64,000 nt of DNA from Eledone cirrhosa (taxonomy: Eukaryota), in contig OZ024746.1 in the NCBI GenBank assembly GCA_964016885.1, forward strand, positions 85,932,001 through 85,996,000, read 5' to 3'. Shown one piece after another: positions 43,943 through 61,379 of the stretch; the stretch's first letter is position 1, and every line of letters starts with the position of its first letter. A model generated the notes under the pieces. The model made no database searches, had not been told where the DNA came from, and worked only from the letters and a program-made list of their open reading frames with translations. Made by a program: the position numbers and the translations under genes.

Positions 43943-43987
<45 letters not shown>

Positions 43988-43995
43988 TGTGTGCG

Positions 43996-44079
<84 letters not shown>

Positions 44080-44425
44080 AAAGTATATACGGAAATTATA
44101 TACTTTCAAACATTATACATCTATCTATATCTAAGGCGGGTAAAATTCCCGAGATCCATGGACGAGTTCTCTCCAGCGGTCTCTGTCCCTCATTATCGCT
44201 GCCATATCCTGCATCTCCAACAGACCAGTGTCTGTCCTTAGGGCATCAACATACGTTAACCTTGGTCTTCCTCTTCTAGTGTGTCCATGTAGGGGCTCCC
44301 AAAGGAGCACTGAGTGCAATGTCAACTCTGGATGTCGGTGATATATTATATTATATATATATTATATATATATATTATATTATATATATATTATATATAT
44401 ATATTATATTATATATATATTATAT

Positions 44426-44500
<75 letters not shown>

Positions 44501-45101
44501 CGAAGGAAATGTGGTAAGGAAGCAGATGGACCATAACGCACCAAAGTACTCAATACTTAGGGTAGTAGAGTGGGTGATAGGAACGAGTAGGACTCCAGAA
44601 TTAGCCGTCGAAACGGCTTGAGCTCAGCCGTCGGAGTCCTACTCGTTCCTATCACCCACTCTACTACCCTAAGTATTGAGTACTTTGGTGCGTTATGGTC
44701 CATCTGCTTCCTTACCACATTTCCTTCGTTATATATATATATATATTCCGTATGCATATTAACGTTAATATGCATAAGGAAAGTATATACTTTCAAACGT
44801 TCAATCAACTGACAGGAAGGTATACGGTGTTGATGACAGCTAATAACCTAGAAACTAGTTCATCGTTCCTTTGTCAGTGTTGAACAAAATGGCAACGATG
44901 GTTGCTGAACACCGTACGGCTAATAATTCGGGCATTATAATAAATGTTCGGTAAACCCATACGTACATATACATAGGTGTGCAGGTATGTATGAATATAC
45001 ATACTACTGAACGTCTGTATACATATATGTATGTACGTATACATACTTACATTTAAGTATCAGCCGTACTAAGAGAGTGAGAAATGAAATTTCATTTTTT
45101 C

Positions 45102-45238
<137 letters not shown>

Positions 45239-45331
45239 AAATATATATGTATGTGTATGTGTATAAATATGATATTGAATTATATTATATATGCTATATT
45301 ATATTTTATGTATGTGTGCATGTTTGTAAAT

Positions 45332-45397
<66 letters not shown>

Positions 45398-45651
45398 ATA
45401 CTTTGGGAGGGTCATGTTGCCAATAAGAAACACACGCACCAGTTGCTTTCACTTCAATTTATTATAATAAATTTATAAATTTAGGAATTTATAAATTTCC
45501 GGTTGGTTGGTTGGTTCCACAACCAGATGGTTGTTTATATATTGTCAAAGTTCTTTCGTCACACATTCTGTGACCTCTTCAGTGACTGGGGGTTCTTTTC
45601 TTTGTTTTTTGTGCCTCTCCTTTGTTCTGTCCTACGCCATCTTGTTCTTCA

Positions 45652-45694
45652 GTCACTGAAGAGGTCACAGAATGTGTGACGAAAGAACTTTGAC
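45652..45694 (+). ncRNA. Type I hammerhead motif (mirror copy at 45544-45586 on -)
   Basis: gtca CTGAAGA g gtcaca gaatg tgtgac GAAAG AA CTT|tgac. Confidence 0.75.
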
Positions 45695-45906
45695 AATATA
45701 TAAACAACCATCTGGTTGTGGAACCAACCAACCAACCAACCGGAAATTTATAAATTCCTAAATTTATAAATCTATTATAATAAATTGAAGTGAAAGCAAC
45801 TGGTGCGTGTGTTTCTTATTGGCAACATGACTCTCCCAAAGTATAACAATATCGGTTTCAACACACGTTTTCAGATAAAGAATCTTGCTAAACGAATTCA
45901 GAAACG

Positions 45907-45970
<64 letters not shown>

Positions 45971-46383
45971 GTGTGTATATATCGGTCAGTTGGTCAATAG
46001 TTATTGGTCAGTTACTGAGCACAGAGGAGAGTGCAAAGTCGGATGCTTGACTCCTCGTACTACTTGGCTAAATTGGAGTTGGTCTTCACCGGACATTGGT
46101 CATTGTAGGTGGGGAAGGGGAGAAATGGAAATTTGGTGGTGGTGGTGGAATGTGGGGTATAGCAAAGAAGACGAAGTGAGAGAGTGACGAAGTGTGGAAA
46201 TGAATAGGTTAAGTGCTGTACTAAGAGTGAGAAATGAAATTTCGTTTCATTCTATTCCATTTATCGTTTTCGGTGCGCCTGGCCGACTGAACTCACTCGA
46301 TATGCAAATTAGGCTGCTCAGCCGTTAATTTTCATAAGGAAAGTATATACTTTCGGACGTTCAACCATCTGGCAGAAAGGTAT

Positions 46384-46426
46384 ACGGTGCTGACGATAGG
46401 TAACAAGCTTGAAACTAGTACATCGT
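46384..46426 (+). ncRNA. Type I hammerhead motif (relatives at 44824-44866 on +, partial at 61008-61038 on -)
   Basis: acggtg CTGACGA taggt aaca agctt GAAAC TA GTA|catcgt. The three copies give a consensus stem II of agct-aata-agct. Confidence 0.68.
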
Positions 46427-46506
46427 TCCTGTGTCAGTGTTGAACAAAAAAGTGACGTGGTTGCCTAAACACTGTACGGCGTAAATCAGGCTGTTCATTT
46501 GTTTAC

Positions 46507-46563
<57 letters not shown>

Positions 46564-46753
46564 TAACGAAGGAAATGTGGTAAGGAACCAGGTGGACCAT
46601 AACGCACCAAAGTACTCAATACTTAGGATAGTAGAGTGGGTAATAGGAACGAGTAGGACCCCGATGGCTGAGCTCAAGCCGTTTCGACGGCTAATTCTGG
46701 ACTGAATTAGCCGTCGAAACGGCTTGAGCTCAGCCGTCGGGGTCCTACTCGTT

Positions 46754-46805
<52 letters not shown>

Positions 46806-47207
46806 AATATACATATATATGTATATATATATATAACGGCGATGAATTAGTTTTGCGAGGTTTTTGATATGAAATCGTGTGTCGAAACAAATATTGTTAT
46901 ACTTGGGGAGGGTCATATTTGTGTAATAATATTGCCAGAATTAATAACAGTCAATGGTAACATTGAGGACCGAATAAATTAAATTAACCGATATAAAGGA
47001 CACAGAAACGAAAACCAACCAAACAGTGAGGGTGTTCTGTTATTATTTCTGGCAATATTATTACAACAATATGACCCTCCCCAAGTATAACAATACATAT
47101 ATAAACAAATGTAAATAAAACAAAATGGTAAGGCATGACATAAAAGCTGTGTATAGTTATAGAAAGGCGCAGAGGTAGTAGTAGCAGTAGTAGTAGTAGT
47201 AGCTTAC

Positions 47208-47311
47208 AGGTAGCAGTTGTTGTTGAACTTGTTGTAGCTGGACAGGGCTATCAAGGTACCAAAACCTGTCCCCAGGGAAAAACATATCTGAGATGCAGCG
47301 TCCACCCACAC
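47208..47311 (-). CDS. SLC6A4: SLC6 transporter exon (TM6)
   Basis: CCCAACAG| acceptor, CT|GTAAGC donor, 104 bp. [34 protein letters not shown]. Confidence 0.94.
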
Positions 47312-47339
47312 CTGTTGGGATAGAGAGAAACAGAGAAGT

Positions 47340-48680
47340 GATGGTAGTGCCAGTGTTGAATGTGGTGGCGGTAGTGGTGGTGGTGATTATGGTGGTGGTG
47401 GTGGGGATTGTGGTGGCGGTGGTGGTGGTGGGGATTGTGGTGGCGGTGGTGCTGGTGGTGATTGTGGTGGTGGTGGTGGTGATTATGGTGGTGATGGTGG
47501 TGGTGGTGGTGGTAATTATGGTGGGGATTGTGGTGGCGGTGGTGCTGGTGGTGATTGTGGTGGTGGTAGTGGTGGTGATTATGGTGGTGATGGTGGAGAT
47601 TGTGGTGGCGGTGGTGCTGGTGGTGATTGTGGTGGTGGTGGTGGTGATTATGGTGGTGATGATGGAGATTGTGGTGGCGGTGGTGCTGGTAGTGATTGTG
47701 GTGGTGGTGGTGGTGGTGATGATTATGGTGGTAGTGGTGGTGGTGGTGCTGGTGGTGATTGTGGTGATGGTGGTGGTGGTGATTATGGCGGTGATGGTGG
47801 GGATTGTGGTGCTGGTGGTGATTGTGGTGGTGTCTGTTATGATGTTGATGGTGGGGATTGTGGTGGCGGTGGTGATTGTGGTGGCAGTGGTGATTAAGGT
47901 GATGATGGTAGTGATTGTGGTAGTGGTGGTGGTGATTGTGGTAGTGGTGGTGGTGATTGTGGTGGTGCTGGTGATGATTGTGATGATGGTGGTGATTATG
48001 GTGGTGCTGGTGATGATTGTGATGATGGTGGTGATTATGGTGGTGATGGTGGGGATTGTGGTGGTGGTGGTGATTGTGGTGGTGATGGTGGTGATAGTGG
48101 TGGTGGTGGTGGTGATGATTGTGATGATGGTGGTGATTATGGTGGTGCTGGTGATGATTGTGATGATGGTGGTGATGGTGAGGATTGTGGTGGTGGTGGT
48201 GATTGTGGTGGTGATGGTGGTGATAGTGGTGGTGGTGGTGATTATGGGGGTGGCGGTGGTGGTGATGGTTGTGGCGGTGTAGATTAAGGTGGTGATGGTG
48301 ATGATGGTGGTGGTGGTGATTATAGTGGTGCTGGTGATGATTGTGGTGGTGGTGGAGATTAAGGTGGTGGCGGTGTTGATTATGGTGGCGGCGGTGTTGA
48401 TTATGGTGGTGGCGGTGGTGATTATGGTGGCGGCGGTGTTGATTATGGTGGTGGCGGTGTTGATTATGGTGGTGGCGGTGGTGATTATGGTGGTGATTGT
48501 GATGGCGAGGATGCTGGTGTTGTTGCTGCTCGGTGGCAATTATGGAGATGATGATGATGGAGATGGCGTTAGTGATGATGTAATAGTTGTAGCAGCAGCA
48601 GCAGCAGTAGTAGCATTAGTAGCAATAGTGGTAGTAGTAGTAATTGTAGCAGAAGTAGTAGTAGTGGTAGTAGTTAGTAA
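47340..48680. repeat. (GGT/GAT)-rich degenerate trinucleotide array
   Basis: GGTGGTGATT(A/G)TGG repeats immediately upstream of the TM6 exon acceptor. Confidence 0.9.
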
Positions 48681-48756
48681 GTGAAGTACCAGGGCTAGAT
48701 CAGATAGAGGGATATCTAATGGGCTGTATCGCACGATTAATGCTTCAGTATATGTG

Positions 48757-49005
<249 letters not shown>

Positions 49006-49380
49006 TACATACATACAGTATCCAAGATACACCTTTAGCTTCATATCCATCATTATTGGAGCTACGGGTTATATACCAACCCGCTTGGACCAAAGTATGA
49101 CTGAACTTGGATTTGCGGACAAAAAGCGCAGCTCCCTAATTCATAGTCTGCAAATGGTTGCGATAGCTGGCACCTTCAAAATTTGCAAAACATTCTTGCG
49201 ATTCAAGGGATGACAATTTCTTTTCTTTTACAACCTTGTCACCAGGAAGGTGGCCGGTCAAAAAAATATACTCGAAATTAAGAGAAAGAGATAACATACA
49301 TACATACATACATACATACATACATACGTACATACATACATACATACATGCATACATGCATACATGCATACATAATACAC

Positions 49381-49473
<93 letters not shown>

Positions 49474-49476
<3 letters not shown>

Positions 49477-49551
49477 GGTGTGCCCCAAACAATGTATACA
49501 TAATTTGATTAGAATGCTGTTGAAGTGTGAATACATTTTTTGGGGCATCCT
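49474..49551. mobile_element. Tiny Tc1/mariner-type MITE; related copy at ~59588-59692
   Basis: CAGGGTGTGCCCCAAA...TTTGGGGCATCCTG inverted ends flanked by TA. Confidence 0.65.
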
Positions 49552-49649
49552 GTATATATGTATATATATATAATATATACATATAAATGCATATATATAT
49601 ATATGTATAATATATATATATATACATATATATATATGTATAATGTATA

Positions 49650-49760
<111 letters not shown>

Positions 49761-50104
49761 ATATGCATATATATACATATAGAGAAACCTGCTTGAAATA
49801 TGTGTTGGTGTTGTTGTGAAAGGAATTACTTTTGAGGCAAGGTTAAATGATCGTTAAATGTGCTTGAAGCAGAATTTCTCTATTGTAAACAACAGACATG
49901 TTTTCACAACAGCAATTGTTCACTGGTCTTGCCGTTTGGTGTTGTCATATGCTGGTGTTGTTGTTGTTATGTTGGTAGGTGGATTAATAGATATAACCAT
50001 ACATATTTAGATAACACACACAAACACACACGTGCACATATATATATATACACAGGGGAGAGGGAGTGAGACATTTATATATATATATATTGATATATAT
50101 GTTG

Positions 50105-50143
<39 letters not shown>

Positions 50144-50164
50144 TGTATGTATGTATATATATAT

Positions 50165-50246
<82 letters not shown>

Positions 50247-50451
50247 ACATATATATATTTATATATATATGTTGATATGTATATATATACATATACATAC
50301 ATATATATATATATATACATATACATACATATATATATATATGTATACACATATTTATATAGGTTCCTTATGTTCAAATTGTGTATATCCCTTGGGGACG
50401 ATGTTTTATTGACCCTTATATATGTATAAGATATTCTTTATATATATTATT

Positions 50452-50509
<58 letters not shown>

Positions 50510-50550
50510 TATGTCTATATATATATATATAAATATATATATATATAAAT

Positions 50551-50639
<89 letters not shown>

Positions 50640-50661
50640 TATATATATTTATATATATATA

Positions 50662-50755
<94 letters not shown>

Positions 50756-50956
50756 AATATATATATATAATGAAGGAAGTGTGATAAGGAACCAGGTGGA
50801 CCATAAGGCACCAGAGTACTCAATACTAGTAGAGTGGGTAATAGGAAAAGAGTCAGGACCCCGACGGCTGAGCTCCGGCCGCTTGGACAGCTATTTCTGA
50901 ACGTTCAGAAACAGATGTCGAAACAGCCGGAGCTCAGCCGTCGGGGTCCTGACTCT

Positions 50957-51142
<186 letters not shown>

Positions 51143-51464
51143 GAATGTATATACAGTGTATTTTGCAATACACTGTATGCTTAATTAAAAGCATTTTGAA
51201 GACCTTACGCTATTGTTTTAAAGTAGTGACTATGTCACTTACTTCTATTTTCAGCATTTCAGCAAACAAGGGGAGATAAGCTGACAGATATGCTGAAATA
51301 CACTATATATACATTCATATATATATATCGCTATTTCAGAACACCAATTCTAATTTTCAATTTTTGCTGGACCGGCAACCGCTCTGTATAATCAGTTCCT
51401 GATCATTACTGGAATTCTATAAGAATCCAACATTCATAATTTTCAGCAAACAGGAGGAGTGCTA

Positions 51465-51508
51465 GGCTTTGATAAGTACCAACAGTACGAAACAGAGCTC
51501 TGTCAGCT
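51465..51508 (+). ncRNA. Decayed hammerhead motif with palindromic stem III
   Basis: ggct TTGATAA gtac caaca gtac GAAA cagagctctg TC|agct. Confidence 0.58.
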
Positions 51509-51640
51509 TATCTCCCCTTGTTTGGTGAAATGCTGAAATTAGAAGTAAGTGACATAGTCACTACTTTAAAACAATAGCGTAAGGTCTTCAAAATGGTTTT
51601 AATTAAGCATACAGTGTATTGCAAAATACACTGTATATAC

Positions 51641-51698
<58 letters not shown>

Positions 51699-52048
51699 GG
51701 CGCTTAATAAGTACGAAAATTTGAGCTTCACACACATTTGTTTATATTTTCAAAAGCTGTTTGATTCAGCTCCTTAATTTAGATGGTAAGATGTTGTAAG
51801 GGGTCCCTAATCCCAATGGTTAGAACACTTGGCCGGTATCTGGGAGAAACGATGTCCGATTCTTCGTAGCGGTTGCTGTCAATATTTGTTCGTCTCTAAG
51901 GGTCTTTACTTATAAATATATATATTTTCCCTCGGCGCAGAATAAGTTCGAAAATTCGGGCTTCTGATACGATGTTTGATGATATATATAGATTTTCGTT
52001 AATCTGTACTCGATACACGCACATCCACACATACACACACACATATAC

Positions 52049-52138
<90 letters not shown>

Positions 52139-52274
52139 ATGTGATGTATAATACAGTGTGTTTATGCTTGTGGCTGAATGCAGAGTGTGAGTGTGTGCAT
52201 GTGTGTATGTGTGTGTGACTGTAAAAGGGACATACCTAAAACCAAAAGTGAATATTTTAACTACCAGTACTCAC

Positions 52275-52409
52275 TTGTAAATTCTTCAGTCTGTTCCATT
52301 TCGGCCTCAGGTAGTAAAGTATTCCGTCGGTAGATCCAGGAAGGGTACAACCCCGAATCAATAGGATCACAAGTACGATATAAGGTAAGGTGGCTGTTAT
52401 CCACACTGC
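52275..52409 (-). CDS. SLC6A4: SLC6 transporter exon (TM5)
   Basis: CCGCAG| acceptor, |GTGAGT donor, 135 bp. [45 protein letters not shown]; not in the ORF track, read manually. Confidence 0.94.
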
Positions 52410-52434
52410 CTGCGGAGTAGAAGGTTCTTTGTAG

Positions 52435-53375
52435 TTATGGCTGTTATTAAAAATATGATTTTATAGATAATATTATAGTTATAACTGTAGCTAAAAATAT
52501 GATAGCTTTAGATAATATTTTAGATATGACTGCTAATAAAAATATATAGATTATAGAATTGTTATAACTTACTAAAAATATATTATATATTATCTTATTG
52601 TTGTAGATAATACAATAGGCATAACTGTAGCTAAAATATGATAACTGTAGATAATATTTTAGATATGACTACTAATAAAAATATATTATAGATAATAGAA
52701 TAGTTATAACTTACTAAGATATGTATTATATATTATCTTATTGTTGTAGATAATACAATAGTTATAATTGTAGCTAAAAATATGATAGCTGTAGATAGTA
52801 CTTTAGATAAGACTGTTAATAAAAAATACATCATAGATAATACTTACTAAAATATATTATATATTATCTTGTTGTTGTAGATAATACAATAGGCATAACT
52901 AGTTAAAAATATGATAGCTGTAGATAATACTTTAGATATTACTACTAATGAAAATATATTATAGATAATTGTTTCTACTTTAGGCACAAGGCCAGCAATT
53001 ACCCAGTGCATTACTGGTACTTTATTTTATCGACCCCGTAAGGATGAAAGGCAAAGTCAACCTCGGCGGGATTTGAACTCAGATCGTAAAGGGACGTAAC
53101 CATGCTGGAAAGCATGGCGTCCGACCCTCTACCGATACTGCCAATATAGATAATATTTACTAAAAATATATTATATATTAACTTATTGTAGATAATACAA
53201 TAGTTATAACTGTCGCTAAAAATATGATAGCTGTAGATAATACTTTAGATATGACTGTTAATAAAAATATATTATAGATAATACAATAGTTATAACTTAC
53301 TAAGAATATATATGTTATCTCATTGTTGTAGGTAATACTGTAATTATGACTGTAACTAAATGATATTATAGATAA
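52435..53375. repeat. AT-rich diverged tandem repeat (~135-150-bp unit)
   Basis: Recurring GATAATACAATAGTTATAACTGTAGCTAAAAATATGATAGCTGTAGATAATACTTTAGATATGACT. Confidence 0.75.
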
Positions 53376-53568
53376 TAGGGCGGTGAATTGGCAGTATCGG
53401 TAGAGGGTCGGGCGCCATGCTTTGCAGCACAGTTACGTCCCTTTACGGACTGAGTTCAAATCCCGCCGAGGTTAACTTTGCCTTTCATCCGTACGGGGTC
53501 GATAAAATAAAGTACCAGTAATACACTGGAATAATTGCTGGCCTTGTGCCAAAAGTAGAAACAATTAT
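52966..53568. mobile_element. Two SINE copies in opposite orientation (52966-53144 on -, 53378-53568 on +) within an AT-rich tandem repeat
   Basis: Family core on both strands, about 230 bp apart. Confidence 0.85.
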
Positions 53569-53862
53569 AGATAATACTAGAATTATGATTTATTAACGAT
53601 AGGATAGTAAGGCATATATAACTGTTTCTATGATTAAGATAATAAAGTGGTTACGACTGTTACTACAACTATGATAATAAGGTGGTTATGACTTACTATA
53701 ATTATGATAGTAATGTAGTTTAAGATAGGGATATTTTATGTATTTATATTCATTTTCTTATTTTTGACATTGTGTTTGATGTGGATACAAAAACTGCCTT
53801 ATACACCACGATGTTGCTCGTCCCAGGAAAAGACAAATAAGGATGATGATGAGGATGTCGAT

Positions 53863-56258
<2,396 letters not shown>

Positions 56259-56449
56259 TCGTTGACCGTCCATTTCCCCACGCTAGCATGGGTCAGACGA
56301 ATTGTCTTATGAGACAAGTCAGGTCAGATGACCGTGTCTTACTCATACAGAACTAATAATTGTTTCTACTTTTGGCATAAGGCCAGCAATTATCCCAGTG
56401 CATTACTGGTACTTTATTTTATCAACCCCGTAAGGATGAAAGGCAATAC

Positions 56450-56627
56450 AATAATAATAAGTGATTGTGGGAGTACTGGGATGATCAAGAAAGGATCAGA
56501 GCAGTATTTGCGAATGATTCCTGGTTTACCCTCTCTACAAGAGGTACAAAAAATTGTTTTGATTGGTACTGCACACGTATTGAGAAGAGCACTATGTCTG
56601 TGAGAATGATATCCCTCCTTGTGTGGA

Positions 56628-56659
<32 letters not shown>

Positions 56660-57097
56660 TGTGTGTGAATGTGTGTGTGTGTGAGAGAGAGAGAGAGTAT
56701 ATCACTATCTCTATAAGAATGATATCCCTCTGTAAGAACGATAAGCTGTAGATTATATCCAATGTAGTGTGTTAACCGGCTTAACAATGTATACAGTGAA
56801 TTTAATAATGATAATGATAATTGATACCTAAGGGGTCTAATGATTACTTATCCGAAATCCCAGGAAACCCGCGTATAGAAGAAATACAAAAGATAGTACT
56901 AATTGGAACTGCCCATATACTAAGGAAGATTCTGTCAATATAATTACATCACAGGTCTAAACACCTAAAGATACATGTATGTGTGTATGTGTTCTTTCTT
57001 TAACATGGTGGACCTTGTTGTCTCTTGAGGTCACTGATTGTGACTTGGTGATAACTCGTATGAACATAAAGCAAGATAAATGAAATAATAATAATAG
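56450..57097 (+). mobile_element. Two R4/Dong-like 3'-end fragments associated with (TAA)n
   Basis: IPGLPSLQEVQKIVLIGTAHVLRRAL and IPGNPRIEEIQKIVLIGTAHILRKILS*; the second ends in AATAATAATAAT. Confidence 0.7.
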
Positions 57098-57106
57098 CAA
57101 TCCAAC

Positions 57107-57245
57107 CTTTCCGGATGACTTGATTCCTTTCCACAATGCGAAGTAAACGATGATATATGTTGCAAAGAGGCATCCAACAATAGGTCCTTTAATAGGACCA
57201 ATATCTCCAATTCCATTAGACAGATGTAATTCCAGAACTTTGCGA
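57107..57245 (-). CDS. SLC6A4: SLC6 transporter exon (end of EL2, TM4)
   Basis: TATACAG|T acceptor, AAG|GTTGGA donor, 139 bp. RKVLELHLSNGIGDIGPIKGPIVGCLFATYIIVYFALWKGIKSSGK; phase fits the previous exon (AA+T = Asn). Confidence 0.93.
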
Positions 57246-57641
57246 CTGTATAGAAAAAATATCAACCAAAGAACATTTTAACACTTTTGATACCAGCACG
57301 GCTCACCCCAGTCTAGATTCTCGGATACAAAACAGTTAATTTAAAAGTACTTATATTCATTTAAATAAAACCTTCCATCATAATTTTATGTAACGCCCTT
57401 CCTTAACCCTTTAGTATTTAAACCGGCTATATCATACCAGAATTCTCTAACCTCTTTCTCTTCAAACCGGCCGCAACCGTCCCCTTATGCTGACATTAAG
57501 GTATTGTTCTCAAAGTAAATAATATCAAAATCTCATAGATTCAATATTATGTCAGATAATTATGAGAGATAAAGCATCTACTGTAAAAATACAATAGTAA
57601 GTATAGAGTAATGTAAATGATAAAGAGTTATGTTATTTTCC

Positions 57642-58080
57642 AAACACCAGCTTAATAATAATTGTTTCTACTTTTGGCACAAGGCCAGCAATTACTCAGT
57701 GCATTACTGGTACTTTATTTTATCGACCCCCGTAAGGATGAAAGGCAAAGTTAACCTCGGCGGGATTTGAACTCAGAATGGAAAGGGACGTAACTCTTTG
57801 CGTCAAAGCATGGCGTCTGACTCTCTACCGATACTGCCAATCCACCGCCTTAAACACCAGCTTAATAATAATTGTTTCTACTTTAGGCACAAGGCCAGCA
57901 ATTACTCAGTGCATTACTGGTACTTTATTTTATCGACCCCGTAAGGATGAAAGGCAAAGTTAACCTCGGCGGGATTTGAACTCAGAATGGAAAGGGACGT
58001 AACTCTTTGCGTCAAAGCATGGCGTCTGACTCTCTACCGATACTGCCAATCCACCGCCTTAAACACCAGCTTAATAATAA
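57642..58080 (-). mobile_element. Tandem near-identical SINE pair with a triplicated target sequence
   Basis: AAACACCAGCTTAATAATA at 57642, 57851 and 58061 brackets two ~190-bp copies. Confidence 0.88.
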
Positions 58081-58506
58081 TAATGTTATTTATATTACTA
58101 AATCCCTTCACATTCTTGATTATTTTCAAAATGATTTGAAAACTATAGACAGTGTTTTTCATTAGAAGTATGGTAAGAACATGAAAGCGCGTGGTTTTGT
58201 GGTTTAGGTATTCAGCTCACAATTGTAAGGTCGTGAATTCGATTCCCAGCAGCACGTTGTGTCATTGAGCTAGAGACTTTATTTCACATTGACCCAGTCC
58301 ACTCAGCTGGCAAAAATGAGTTGTATTTGTAATTCGAAGGGCCAGTTATGTCACATTCTGTGCCACTCTGAATCTCCCTGAGAATTACGATATGGGTACG
58401 CCTGTTTGAGGAATGATCAACCACTCGTATGTTAATTTCACGAGCAGGATGTTCCGTTGATCGTATCAATTGGAACACTCGTCATAACCGACGGTACTGT
58501 GTGTGT

Positions 58507-58621
<115 letters not shown>

Positions 58622-59690
58622 ACTGCCGTAGCAATTTATTTGTGCCTTCAGCTGGGTTTTTTTAGTTTTAGGATGGTTAGAAGTTTTGAATTTAACACCT
58701 GTATATATATAACTTTTTAATTTCAATTACTTGCACTAAGCTAACTTTGATATGTAAAATGGAGGGGGGGGGGGGGTTTGCTGTGTATTCTAATGTTTTG
58801 TGTGTGAGGGTTCCCCTAAGGTCTAAATCCACCCCTGCAAGTGGCTACAAGAAATTTAACTAGAAGAAATTTAAATGGCTGCTCATAATTAAAGCCGAAT
58901 TGAAAGAAGTTCTGGATCAACTGTTACCTGAAAATCGATGCAATTGTATTTTTTTCTATGCTGCAAGTGTGTCGGGCTATTTCCCTCACAGCAGTCATTC
59001 TTCCCTGAAGAAGAGATGATAGTGTGAATACGAAGAGAAGCCGCTATGCGGAATGGAATGTAACTCTTTTGTTCAATCAATAGAACAGTCTGATCTTGAA
59101 ACGAACGCATTAGTGAGTATTCATAACGAGCACCCTTAACGTAATTCCCAATGAAACTCAGCATGATACAACGTTGGCAAAGCTGGCCCCTTGAATTACA
59201 AGTACAGTCCATATGACAGGCTTCCTAACAGTTTCCGTTTACCCAATTTCACTCACGAGTTTTGGGTCAATCTGAATCTATTGTAAATGACACATGCCCC
59301 AAAAGCCATACAGTGTGATGAAATCTGGGGTTTATTTATTGCGAGGCGAACTTAAGTAGTCAGCCATGCATTCACACATATGAATGGGATCCCTTCAGTT
59401 ATAATTGGCCACGAGTTATCTATTCTTGACTGGCTGATCATGGGTTTGCCTCTCTGTGGAGCAAGACAGAGTGTTTTGTGGTAGATCAGCAGCTGCTTAT
59501 GCTTGCAAACCCCCCCCCCCCCTCCGCGACACACTTGTAACTCATATATACTCTATATATACATTATATCTACACTATATATATATACTGGGTGTCCCCA
59601 CAAAATGTATACACACTTCAACAGCATTCTAATAAATATTGTCTGTACAGGTAATCAAAGTATGTATACATTTTGTTTGGGACACACACA

Positions 59691-59762
<72 letters not shown>

Positions 59763-59856
59763 GTAGAACACTGGAAGGTAATAGCCGTAGTGGTAGAGCA
59801 CTCAGTCCATGGGACGAGTTAGTTAGAAGTAGTAACACAACAGTTAGTTCACCATA

Positions 59857-59896
59857 CCGAGAACAATTGTTTCACCTTAGCGGATCCTCAGCTCGT
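59857..59896 (-). ncRNA. Type I hammerhead motif
   Basis: acgag CTGAGGA tcc gctaa ggt GAAAC AATT GTT|ctcgg. Confidence 0.7.
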
Positions 59897-59950
59897 AATC
59901 GTCATGGTTATACGGAACAGGTATGGTGAATGAACTGTTGTGTTATCACT

Positions 59951-59982
<32 letters not shown>

Positions 59983-60190
59983 CACAATAGGCCAAGACAG
60001 CTTGGTACCAGTGTCGCTGCAACTAATATTTTTCCAGATATTTGAACTGGACCAACGTGAAATAGAGTACAAAACATGCCGACCGGTCTGGGTATCGAAC
60101 TCATGATCGTACTACTGTGAGCGCAGGACCTTAACCTTTAAGCCATGCGCCTTCACATGTAGGTTGTGTAAATAAGGGGAGATTACTCAC

Positions 60191-60413
60191 TTATAGTATT
60201 CAGCTGCCGATGATATAGATGTGTTGGTGAATATGGTGTTGTTCATGTCACTAGCAAGCGATATGCAATTCTCAGTATTCCAAGTGTTGTTGCAAGATGC
60301 CCAGGGTAGGTTGGTCGTAAAGGAAGAGAAGAGGTAGTACATTGCCCAGGCTATAACAGTGTTGTAATATACTCCAACCAGGAAGGTCGTTACAGCAATT
60401 GCGAAGCTAATAC
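60191..60413 (-). CDS. SLC6A4: SLC6 monoamine transporter (SERT-like), internal exon encoding TM3 and EL2
   Basis: TCTGCAG|GT acceptor, AA|GTGAGT donor. Translates (G)[49 protein letters not shown]...SSAAEYY, with the YYN and LPW-x-C-x-N-x-WNT-x-x-C motifs of SERT/DAT/NET. Symbol means SLC6A4-like; orthology is not proven. Confidence 0.93.
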
Positions 60414-60531
60414 CTGCAGAAATAATAAATGACAGCAACGTAAATACATGTATGTATGTATGTAAGTATGTATATATGTATGTATGTATGTATGTATGTG
60501 TGTATGTATATATATATGTATATGTACATAC

Positions 60532-60646
<115 letters not shown>

Positions 60647-61379
60647 TATATGTGTGTGTATGTATATATATATATATAAACAGATAGGAGAAAGGAAAAA
60701 TATTTTTTCAGTAGAAAATGAAAATGCTGAAGAGATTCTTTCAGTGTAATATCAAAACATTTCTACCTATCTATCTATCTTAAATGTAAGTATGTATGTA
60801 CGTATACGTACATACATATATGTATACAGACGTACAGTAGTATGTATATATATATATACATACATGTACACATATATATATGCACGTATCGGTTTACCGA
60901 ACATTTATTATAATGCTCGGTTTGTTTGTAAACAAACAAACAGCCCGAATCACGCCGTACAGTGTTTAGGCAACCACGTCACCTTTTTGTTCAACACTGA
61001 CACAGGAACGATGTACTAGTTTCAAGCTTATTAGCTATCCCTCCTTTCTGAAACAGTACAGAGAAGTACTGAATACCTCGGCCTGGGGATGGTGTCTACA
61101 TTTTGTACTTAGGCAAATAATTTTCCATTAAAAATTTTCAAAAGCATGTAATTGCGTTCCCTCACTTTTTTGCTGTTGTTGATGTTATAGCAGCCGTTGG
61201 TCGTACTACTTCAGCCAATCATCTATATCCCCTTCTGCCTCGTCTACCTAAACAATGATTGTAGCACCTCCTTGTACACAATGTCCCCTTTTCTTCCGTG
61301 TCGGGTATATGCAAAGAGATTTGTCTTGCCAATGTATAGTTGCCCGTGTGAAAAACATGACTCTTCCAAAAGAAGACCA

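Noticed and set aside
47157-48684. Mucin-like Thr/Ile-rich ORF
   Set aside because: Triplet repeat; the real exon within it (47208-47311) is in a different frame.
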